From Phoronis australis (lineage: Eukaryota > Animalia > Phoronida): DNA of 64,000 bases. The translations under genes were made by a program, and so were the position numbers. Below, piece by piece: positions 13,479-25,500 of this stretch (its first letter is position 1; each line of letters opens with the position of its first letter). The DNA is taken from positions 124,001-188,000 of the forward strand of contig NMRA01000693.1 in NCBI GenBank assembly GCA_002633005.1, written 5' to 3'. Below the pieces are notes generated by a model. The model ran no database searches, was not told the DNA's origin, and was given only the letters and a program-made list of their open reading frames with translations.

Positions 13479-13559
13479 CTTCTCCAGTCGTACACACTCC
13501 TCTTCCAGGTGTGAGATTGTGTTCTCATGGCTTCTCACCATGCCTTCCAGGTACTTCAC
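13479..13559 (-). CDS. CEP290: CEP290 coding exon 31 (last one found in the window)
   Basis: VKYLEGMVRSHENTISHLEEECVRLEK; ttgcag acceptor, gtaggt donor. Confidence 0.88.
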
Positions 13560-16500
13560 CTGCAACAGACAGCAACAGCTGCTGCAACAGATAGTTTATG
13601 CACAATTCCAAACGATACACCAAAACGACGAACAAGAGCAACGTGGAGCGTTGAAATGCACCCACAAATGCATTGCAAATGGTGTGCTTTTAAGGTTATT
13701 TCTTTGTATCATAAAAATGGCCACTAGATGGCACAAAAACATACAATCCATCCAAAAACAGGAACATGCCATATTTCATAAAAATCTGTCAAGGAACTTC
13801 AGAGAAACAAAGGAAAACAGAATAAAATGAAATTGCCACTAGTGGGCACAGTGTCCGTTGGATCCGCCTGAAAGTCGTCATCATCTGTTGTTATCTTCAT
13901 ATAAATACACTAATTACTAAATTTAGTAAAGATCCTGCAGTGGGTTTAGGACATACAACTATGGGCGTAAAACAAACCTACCACTAGGAGGCACCACAGT
14001 AGTCAGTCACCATCATCAAAGGTCGTCTTCACACTGAGAACATATATGCCAATTTTCAAATGATTTGATTGATACAGGGGTGGACGCCAAAAACAAGATT
14101 TGAAACCAGCGAAAATGGCCACTAGGTGGTGCAAAATACCTCGATTCCATCCAAAGACATGAATACAGCGTCGTCACACCAATAAATGCCTATATTTAAA
14201 ATTTTATGAAAATCTATTGAGGACATTTGAGGATACCGAGTTAAACGTAAAAAACTAAAATTGCCACCAGGGGGCTCATCAGAAGTCAGATCTGTCCGAA
14301 AGTCGTCGTAATCCGTAGTTAACATCAAATAAATACATCTGCTAAATTAAGTAAATATCCTGCGAACGGTTTAGGAGATACAGCCATAGGCACAACAAAA
14401 ACACAACTGCCACTAGGAGGTGCCACAGTAGTCGAAATCGTTGGAAAATCATCGTAAACCGTCCTCTTTAGAGTAAGCACATACATGCCAATTTTCACAA
14501 TCATCCTTTGAGCAGTTTGGTTGATAGAGGGGTGGACGCAAAAATACAGACACGAAAACAGTAAAAATGGCCACAAGGTGGCGCAAACTACGTCGAATCC
14601 ATCCGAAAACGGGAGGATAGCGACATCTCACTAATAGGTGCCTACACATTAAATTTCATGAAAATCCGTTAAGGACTTTTGAAGATACAGAGGTAAACGT
14701 AAAAAAAAAATTGCCACTAGGGCGCACACCGGTAGTCGGATTTGTCCAAAAGTCGTCGTCGTTCGTTGCTAACATCATATAAAAATACTTACTGAATTTC
14801 GTAAATATCCTACGAACGGTATAGGAGATACACCATAGGTGCAAAAACACAAAACTGCCATTAGGAGGCGCCACAGTAGTCGAAATCGTTGGAAAATCAT
14901 CGTCAACCGTCCTCTTTAGAGTAAGCACATATTACATGCCAATTTTCACAATCATCCTTTGAGCAGTTTGGTTGATAGAGGGGTGGACGCAAAAATACAG
15001 ACACAAAAACAGTAAAAATGACCACTAGGTGGCGCAAACTACGTCGAATCCATCCGAAAACGGGAAGATAGCGACATCTCACTAATAGGTGCCTACACAT
15101 TAAATTTCATGAAAATCCGTTAAGGACTTTTGAAGATACAGAGGTAAACGTAAAAAAAAAATTGCCACTAGGGCGCACACCGGTAGTCGGATTTGTCCAA
15201 AAGTCGTCGTCGTTCGTTGCTAACATCATATAAAAATACTTACTGAATTTCATAAATATTCTACGAACGGTTTAGGAGATACACCATAGGTGCAAAAACA
15301 CAAAACAGCCACTAGGAGGCGCCACAGTAGTCAAAATCATCAGAAAATCATCGTCAACCGTCCTCTTAATAGTGAGCACATACATGCCAATTTTCCCAAT
15401 CATCCTTTGAGCGGTTTGGTTGATAGAGGGGTGGACGCAAAAAACAGACTCAAAAACAGTAAAAATGGCCACTAGGTGGTGCAAACTACGTCAAACCCAT
15501 CCGAAAACAGGGGGAAAGCGTCATCTCACTAATAAGTGCCTACATACCAAATTTCATGAAAATCCGTTCAGGACTTTTGAAGATACAAAGGTAAGCACAA
15601 AAAATTAAAATTGCCACTAGGGGGCACACCGGTAGTCGGATCCTTCCGAAAGTTCGCTCATGCTGTCCCATTCATGAATGGAACAAATGTGCCCAATTTC
15701 ATGAGAGTATGTCAATGGGTTTTGGAAATAGAGCAGCGGACGCCGGACGCCGCCCGGACGGACAGAGATGACGGCATAATGCGTCCACATATTAATATGT
15801 GGGCGCATAAAAACGGGTGACGATGCGATCCAATACACAGCGGCATAGTTCATAACGGGCACTCGATTTTATCACTAAAAGTGCATTCTAAAATAGTTCA
15901 TAGAAGTGCTATGATTAAACATGACTGTAATTGATTAAAAACACTCAATTCCTCAATGAACTTTTCAAAGGTACAAATCTACGCATTAGTTAATGCATTC
16001 AGCAGCTCTCAAGTGGCCATGAGTGCAGGAAGTGAAGTACTTTACATTCAGGTGTTAGTGCCCTGATGTAATAATAAACACTAGTGTTGGCTTACACAGT
16101 AAATTACAACAGATTAGTTAGTATACAAATGTTTTAACCCAATGACATAAGCTGTATCCCATCAAAAACGTTACAACTGGAGAATTTTTCCAATGATACC
16201 GTAGTCACAAATGTTTGGTACCAACTGCCATAAAATAGTTTAACCAACAGTTTACAACTTAGATCATCAAACGAAAGTTAAAAACAGACGTAGTCAATTA
16301 GTACCAAAATGCATCCTACTTGTGTTATCTGTTACTTGTGTTTCAACTCATCCAACCTCATTCTCCATACATTACCGCACCACTTCACCCCTACTTCTAA
16401 CTACAAATTACAATCCTAACCCTTATATACACACTGCACTACCTGGATCTCCAGTCATGTGATCTGTCACTTGTGTTTCAACTCATCCAACCACATTCTC

Positions 16501-19500
16501 TACATCTCACTGCACCAACCTCACCCTTACTTCAAACCACAACACTTCCCCTTCTATGCACAGCCTACTACCTGCTCTTGCAGCCGTGTGATCTGCCGCT
16601 TGTGTTTCAACTCATCCAGTCTCAATCCCTCCATCTTGCTGTGCCACTCCACTACTTTCTGAGCCCCCTTGCCGTCCTTCAGTGTGACCATCAGGTCCTG
16701 GAGGCTGGCATGTTGTAGTTCCAGTTGAGCCAAACGGTCCTCAACTTCCTGTCGTTCCACACTGACCTGTACAAGGATACACAGCACAACACAGTGTACA
16801 GTGAGGACCTTTTCGATTACACACAAGGTGGATTTTATCGCTCTTCCAATGATGACATGGTGTTATCCTGTCATTGTCCAGATGAAACATGTATATTGTA
16901 AGACCTTAGTCTCGTTTCCAAGTGCAAGGCTATACAGCCATAGAAGAGGTAATGCAACGAGATGGGGGGCATTGTCCCAATTTCCCTGCTCAGTTGGAAA
17001 CTTGTAAGTTGGATAGTGAGAGACCAAATAATATTTTCTTCTTGTAAAAGAATAACAAAACAAACGCAAGAGCAACACAAGGTGTTGAAATGGGCCCATA
17101 AACAGTGTGTTTGGTAACGCATAACTTGGCCATGGATATTAAGTCAGAAGTCGGATGATGCTAGCACATCCAAGCATACACCTATGCTGTAAATTATCAA
17201 AACATTTGTAAACTCCATTAGACAATAATGAATGGACACCAATACCTTCTCAAAGACTTATAATGGCCAATACAAGGTGCTATGGCAATCCAATCTGCCA
17301 GTGCATATCAGCCTTAACCACCTTCTTGTCAAGTTTCATCAAACTCGTGTGTAAAAGTAATTTTGACATAGGATTGTGTGACCACAATTTTTTGTAGTCA
17401 GTGCATAGAAGTTTAAAAGAGAACCATTTAGTGAAACTTGCAAACTAAACCAAACCACATGTATTTTCCTTTTCTCAAGACATACAAATTGTATTCTTAA
17501 ATGACTTTTAGTTCAGGAAAATTTCATGCAAACAGTGTTTTTACAATTTACTTCAGGATCACCAAAGCGGCTACATGACGAAAAACACCTTGTCTCTAGA
17601 TAACGATAAGGAGTTGGTGGACAGTGTTCACAAATTTTTTCTTATTTAATGCAGTGGGATATGACCCAGAATCTTTTAATAAATTCTTAGTCATCATTGT
17701 GTCAAGGAAATGATACAGTTAAGCAATGAGAAATTCTATTAATTAAAAGAAAAATGTCCAAATATCTAGAAATATGCATGAAAAAAAAAAAATTGTGTTT
17801 TGTTTATGGCAACTCCAAAATTAGAAATTAGGTCACGTGAAAGACATTGCTCAATGCTTAAGAGTATTATATAGAATGTGTCCTAATTTGGGGTACCACC
17901 AATCTCCCACTACACTTCCTCACCTACTTCTACTTCACCTCATTCACTTCCCACTATAATTGCGACCTACTTCCAATAACCTTATTCACCTAACACTACA
18001 CCCCCACCAAATTCTACTCCACCTCATTCCCTTCCCACTACACTCCACCTTCTACCATTTGACCCCACTCAAGTCCCACTACAACCTACCTCCCCCACCT
18101 ATTTCTATTTCACATCATTCACCTCCTACTACACCCCCACCTATTTCTACTTCATTCCGTTACCACTAAACTCCCTTACCTGCTTCAGATCCCTCTCGAT
18201 CGTCTGCTTGTCTTCCTGTAGCTGCATCATGGCCCGTGCAAACTTCTCCTGCTTCGACAGTGGTATGGCACCACTGTACTGCCGCCTCAACTCTTGAATA
18301 GTCCGCTTCAGTTGTTTTGCCTTGCTGTTAGCCTCGTTGCGGTTGTGAAACAGAGATTGGTCTTTCTCATCCAGACGCTGCTGCAGACGCAACGTCTGCG
18401 CATTCAACTTGGTGATCTTCTTGTTGGCCTCTTCCAGTCGACGAACTGCTGTACCCTCGCTGACTTGGAGCTGCACAATGTGTCGGTGCAGCTTACCTTT
18501 TGACAAGTGTAACACTTTGAAAAGGGAGTAATATACCAACACAGCTCAACAGAGTCTCCTGTGAGAGCTAAATGACTGAATATAAGCCTTTTTGGTTTTG
18601 AATTAGTTAAACGTTCCTAGTCATTCAGTTAATGTGAAGTTTTACACACATTAAATTACATAGGTTCGTTTTTTTAGCTTTTGCTTTGTTACTATTTTTA
18701 GACCAGAATTACAGCTCCTACAGCACAATGAACACACACCTATGATCTTCTTCTCATCACTTTGCGCCTGAAAGTCTACCAACTGTTGCCGCAGTGATGC
18801 CAACTCTTTCTCCCTTGACACCTGCTGAGCTTCCAGGGACTGGGCCTGCATCGTGCCCACCTCAGCAATTTCCTGTGAAAAACAAGAGACACGTGAACAA
18901 GATAAAATTTCTTGCACACATTTTTGGAAATGTATTAAGCCGCTATTGTCAATTTTTTGGCTTGTCTATACCAGCCCAAGACATAGCCAAGGCAAAAAGA
19001 CAGGGGTTAGCTAAACAATTTTGACAAGCATACACCTCTCGTGTATGCATCGACCTCTTGGTTAAATGACTAAGTGTACTTTCCGATCACATAAGCCCAC
19101 CAGTACACCATTTAGTAAAATAATAAGATCATAACTTATGTACCATAAATACTAAACTACTACTGGAATGCTCATCAATGTCAATTTTGATAACACAAAC
19201 ATTGAAGCTTTGTTTTATTCAATAAATTTCGGATTACATGTCAGTCATTAATTATACTACTCCAATCAAGATAAAATCGTGAAAATCTAAAATACTCAGG
19301 TAAATGCCATGTGATCTTCATCATTGTACTGGTTGTCGTCATCCTCCAGTCATGGGACCAGTGTAAGCCTCATATTGCACATACTCATCCGGGGTTCTCA
19401 TTCACACTGTCTGATTCGTGTTAACCAGTGACACACAATTTGGTTGTATTTATTTTTACGGAGTTGGTATTGTAAGAAGTGTCATGTTTAAAGATGTATA

Positions 19501-22500
19501 CAATTGTTTAAAGAAACTGAAGAGTATAATTTTAGGGAATTTATAGTTTTGTACATTAGCATCGTCTGAATAGATTACATTCACAGGACTAGCAAACAGT
19601 GAATAATTTGCAAGTACTAGCCTACTTAAAGCATTCGACACAAATGGTGACACACTCTACAAATTTTTGATGATTCCCTGGATTTTCTAAAACAACCCTT
19701 AGCACCCCAACAAAACTTCTTCCACACACAGAAAGAATTCTTACAGCACACAGAACTCTTGGGTAAATTGCAGGTCGAATTTTCAAATTCAAATCATTTA
19801 AAAAAATTGTCCAGTTTAAACTGGAAGTTGGCCTCATTTGAAGTGTTCTGAATGTAAGGTCACATAACATTTTGCCTCTGTTGAGTGAGTAAATTTCGTC
19901 AATTTGAAAGTGGGTAGAAATGAGGTCAAATCAGTTTGATCCCTGTCGAGCTAGGATTTGCCAGGTAGAAAATCTAACTTCCAGGTCAAAATCCTCAATT
20001 AACAGGATGTTATTTAGCGCACTATGTGGTGTTTTTTGGAGAGTTGTAACTAAAGGTTTCAGCTCCTGGAGAGGGCTCCCTTACCACATCCACTCAATCA
20101 ACACTAGTAACTGTACTGCTCCTCTCATGTTTTACAACTATGAGGTTGTGAATGACAGTCTCTCACCTTTAGCCGGGAGTTTTCAAGTCTCAACTGGGCT
20201 TCTGTAGACTCCAGTTCAGTCAAACGCTTCCTGTCAGCCTCACTCACCGCACGAGTGACACAGTCTGAAACAAGTTCTCAACGTGTTCACTGGTACTTTT
20301 GTCAGAGCTTCATGGTTCAGACAATTATCATGTTGGTATCGATGGTAATAAAGCTGCCAATTACTTTACAAGGCAATGGACAAGAGCACCTTGCAGTGTA
20401 CCAGGACCTGTATAGAACTCTTCTACAGCTGCTACAAGGCAAAAGTGAAACAATGGATGTTCAAATAGCTGACTTTCAAAATAGCCATGAAATTCACTCT
20501 CTTGCCAGATGGTGATCACGTCTTACGTGAACAGCATTCAGTGTCACCTACATATCCCATGTAATGCAGACGGGAGGTTTCAACCTAGTGATATGAACAG
20601 CATTTCAACACTGTTCCTGCAACCATACTGCCGGCAAATTTTCACAGATGTGTGGTGGCAATCCTCTTGAAACATCGGATCCATAGATGAAGGACATTAT
20701 GAATCACGCATTTTCCATTCCAAGAACAATAAGCGGCTGCATAATTGCTGGCTGCGACTGATAAAGCGGGAGAATTTTGATCCTAGCCGATGTCAAAAGG
20801 CTAAAATAAATTAGTGAGCTTAATCTAATCAAACAATGGAAATGTTGATGTTTATTCCCTTTAATTAAATTAATGAACTACTACATAGCACTGAATTTCT
20901 GTCCACCAAATCTAAGTCGTAACTGAGCAGAAGTTGCTTTCTTGCTCTCACTACTCTAGAGTACACCAATTGTCTGCAAACACATGAAGGAAGAGGCCCA
21001 CCTGAAGACAAACAAAGCAGCGCCGCATGGAGCCACAGGGTTCAAAGGAACTCTCATGGCAAGCTAAGTTTGCCATACAACATGTGATCCACTGGGCAGT
21101 GCCACGCAGCTCATCATCATAACATCATAGGTAGCATGACAAGCTCTAACTGGCCTAAGTGTGGCATGAAAGACAAGACTCTTACACATTTAGTAGAAAT
21201 TTGTCCCACCTATCAGAGGCTTCGCTGCCTTTTACTCAATGGACCGAACTGGAGCAAAATCATCAGATCATGTAGTCAGACTTTATAATCAATTTCCTTG
21301 TACAGGCAGACTGGAGGACTTCACCCTTGAGGAGCCCCACGGTAAAGGGTCCCTATGAGTCATGATCAGGTGATTAGTGCAGAAGGCTCAGTGTAGCCTT
21401 AGCATACCTGGGGCACTGCAAAAAGCATCTGGCCACCTGAATATTTTCCACAAACTTCCCAAAATATCACTTTTTGTTTTCCACAAACAAACAGTATACA
21501 TAAAAGAGGCAGCCAGCATGGGCATCACAAAAGAGTTCTGGTGCAAGCGAAATGTAAAGAATCCCACTCCATGAGAAAACCATTGAGTATATAATTGAGA
21601 AGCAACAAAGCGTACAGTTCGCGAGGCAGGAACAATGACAACCCTGACCAACACAGCACCATAACCACGTCAAACATAAACACTTACTTGACAACTCATC
21701 ACGTAGATCTCTCTCGGTCTTTTGAGCATCTAGATTCATTTTGGTCACCTGTGTGAAACACATGAGAACGTTTTAGTCACAAAACACGCCACGTGGAGTC
21801 AATTTGTCAACTTCAAAATCCAACACTACCCTCAGGCAAGTAAAACTATACGAATAATTATGATTCACTGTTCTTCCCAATTTTAAGAATCCATTGGGCA
21901 TTGTTGTTGTCTGCAAGCCAATGACCAATAGGAACCGATAAGCCTACTCTTCGAATAAGCAATGATTGCACTTACGTTGTAGCCACTAAACAAGACACTT
22001 TCATCTTACCATACAACAACTACTAGTTTGTAAATGACAAAACTTAATTATCCACACAATGTCATAAAGAATACATATTGGCTATGGCAAGAGATTTTCA
22101 TCTATCTCGTTCTAACAATTCCAATGAAAAAGTACTTGTAGCACAGTCAGGCACCAGAGATACTTAATACTAATCTGGAGTTACAACCATATCACGCTCC
22201 AATACTCCAAACATCTAATAAGCCATTTCTTAAGCTAGCATCAATTGATACATTCTCAACAATTAATCATACTGTCCCTCATCAAGACCCTACTCCTTTA
22301 AGTTCNTTTGAGCATCTAGATTCATTTTGGTCACCTGTGTGAAACACATGAGAACGTTTTAGTCACAAAACACGCCACGTGGAGTCAATTTGTCAACTTC
22401 AAAAACCAACACTACCCTCAGGCAAGTAAAACTATATGTTATGATTCACTGTTCTTCCCAGTTTTAAGAATCCATTGGGCATTGGTGTTGTCTGCAAGCC

Positions 22501-25500
22501 AATGGCCAATAGGAAACCAATAAGCCTAGTCTTTGAATAAGCAATGATTGCACTTACGTTGTAGCCACTAAACAAGACACTTTCATCTTACCATACAACA
22601 ACTACTAGTTTGTAAATGACAAAACTTAATTATCCACACAATGTCATAAAGAATACATATTGGCTATGGCAAGAGATTTTCATCTATCTCGTTCTAACAA
22701 TTCCAATGAAAAAGTACTTGTAGCACAGTCAGGCACCAGAGATACTTAATACTAATCTGGAGTTACAACCATATCACGCTCCAATACTCCAAACATCTAA
22801 TAAGCCATTTCTTAAGCTAGCATCAATTGATACATTCTCAACAATTAATCATACTGTCCCTCATCAAGACCCTACTCCTTTAAGTTCTTCTACTTCGGCT
22901 CTCACTGACCAATCAACACTTAATATCACAAACATGAACTTCTCACAACACCAGTCAACCCACAAATATATAACACACCTTACGCCCTAGTTTCTCTCCT
23001 ACAAAAAAATCGGACTGTTGGGAAGAAAATTCAACTCCACACCTACACCTCCTTTGAACTATCATTCATTTAATTCTGCCAACAAACTTCTGAACTAGCG
23101 TCCAGATTCTTTTCCCAAGATTCAAAATTCCTGGTGACAGAACTTTCTCCACCCTCCCCCCCACAAATGAGCAGTAATCTGTTATCTCAAGAAACTTCAG
23201 CTCAAGATAAATGTACTTCTACCCCTCCCAAAGTTTTTTTTTGCTACCAAATCAAACTGGTAGAGGAAGAAGATTGCAGCATTGACCAATCACATCTCAA
23301 CTAATTTCAGACCAGTTCTAAATCAATCGATCAAGACTCAGCATGATTCAACTCTGCCCCATCCATCTCCCTGTCAACCAATCACACACTACCTCCACAA
23401 ACTTTTGCTCCAGTTCCAGATTCCTTTCCTCCAGCTCTCTCATTGTCTGCTTTTGTTGGCTGTAGAGACGTGTGGCATGCTCTGCCCTCTGTCGCTCATT
23501 TATCTCCTTCATCTCAAGTGAGGTGATCTTCTTTGATGTGGCAATCACATCATTGTCTGACATATATTGGCCCACTCTTGGAACTCCTAAAAACCCAAGA
23601 GTAGTTTGAATTTCAATCATTCAATCAAATCTTGCATTGTCAAACAAAAAGCTAGACGATCCACCAAAAATCACACATCCATAAAACAACATTTAAGAGC
23701 ATGACAAGTGCTGATTCTAAGCTCTGTACAATGATTAGAAAATGTTAAAAGTTTGCAGTCTAAGCTCTTCCACTATTTTTCAATTACTGAATAATTTTTG
23801 TATTGATTTTGATCAAAGAAGATCAATTATTAATAAACAATATGAATTTCTCACACGTCAAACTTTATCATACTGTTAATAGTGCTGTTGTCATGGTTAT
23901 TTACCTTGTTTACCCAGGTTCTCCATTGCGACTTCGTAGGTATGGACTTTTTCCTTCTCCAGGGCCAAGTTTTTCTTCAAATCTTCATTGTTGGCTTTGA
24001 CAGCCTTCAACTCAATCTAGAGACAATGCAACAGATTAGTCATCATGTCATATTACAGATTTGAGCGTTTTGTTCAAATAAGCAGCAGAACATAGCAGAA
24101 AATGACGAGACTCCAAATGACACACCATGTCAGTATCTGCTTTAAAAGACACAGTAGCACACGTGTTCAGAACAATTCTATTGTATCTACAGTAACTGCA
24201 TGAAACAATGATAATTTACTAGAGCAATAACTAAACTGCATCAAAAACTTAGCCCATTTATCACAGATAACCAAACCTTATCTAAACCCTTCCCTAAGAC
24301 AACTGCACAAAAAACAGTGGCCAGGTCAATAACAAACTAACCTCAAGGCCGACATTAAACTCTGTCTGGGCCACAACAGTATTACTCTTCTCCAGAATGT
24401 CTCTGTATTTCTCGGTCAGTGTGTTGAACTGCTTGTTAGCCGCCTCCAGCTCTGATGCTGGAACACAGTTATCCAAAGCCTTCTGAAGGGAGGCGATTTT
24501 GTACGAGGCCATGTCCTTTAAAATATCAAGACAAAAGTGTATTAACTTGCCAGTAAAAGTCTGAATGAGTGGATTGAACTCATACTTCGCCTTTCCTGAA
24601 ACACTCTTTCAAAATAACATTACAACTTCACAGCCAGTCCCTACGAGTTTCCTTCATACAATATTTTATAGTTGTTTGCTTTGTATTATGTATTATTTAT
24701 TGTAAGGATATGTAGCGGGGTCTACCGAGCCCCAGCCATGTCCACGAAAATGATTTTTGGATAAATAAAATTAATTTACTCATAAAGACAGAACCATTAC
24801 CACAGGTTGCAAACTGTGGTTTTAGCTTGAGTAATAAGCAATTTGAAAACTGACATTCGCTAAACTCATTATCACAGAACATTCTCTTGAAGCACTTAAT
24901 GTAGTGACATCCTGGGAAGGGAAGTACATGTTGAAACCTAAAGAAAAATATCTAAAACTGCGAAACTCAATATTGAAAACACTTATGCATGGAATACCTT
25001 GAAGCGTTGTAGATACCCCAGTCTCTCAGCCACTGCAGTCTCCATGGCAATGTTCTCGTTTTTCAACTTATTATTTTCCTGTAAAATTAAGATATTTTGT
25101 GATATTTTATAATTCCCTGTAATTGATTCGAAAAGACATTTATTTAATAAAATCTATTTAGAAAATGCAACAATGAAAGCATAATGTTACAATAGTATTT
25201 AAACAATTAAATATCAATATCAACAACAGAACATGCAACAACAGACCAAATTGGGGTGCAACTTGTCCAATTCCAAGAATGAAATTAACAGAAAGTTTTA
25301 GATGATAGCCATTAATTCCTTCTTTTCAGAAAATCTGACCCAATACACACGAGTCTTACTATTTGTGAGGTGTTCTGCCATAGACGATGTAAATGTTTGT
25401 CCCCTTAAAGATGTGAAAGGGTAGGGACAGAGTTCTCAACCAGGTTGCTACATCTCTGGGTGAAGTGGACAAAACATGCTGACACATACTAGTCACAAGC

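Noticed and set aside
14122-15862. Cluster of similar 60-90 aa ORFs
   Set aside because: By-products of the tandem monomers of the HINE element; no coherent protein
17900-18170. Pro/His-rich ORF
   Set aside because: C/A/T-rich low-complexity intron sequence
22307-22340. Second partial copy of exon 26
   Set aside because: Begins at a single-N join and lacks the donor half; assembly overlap
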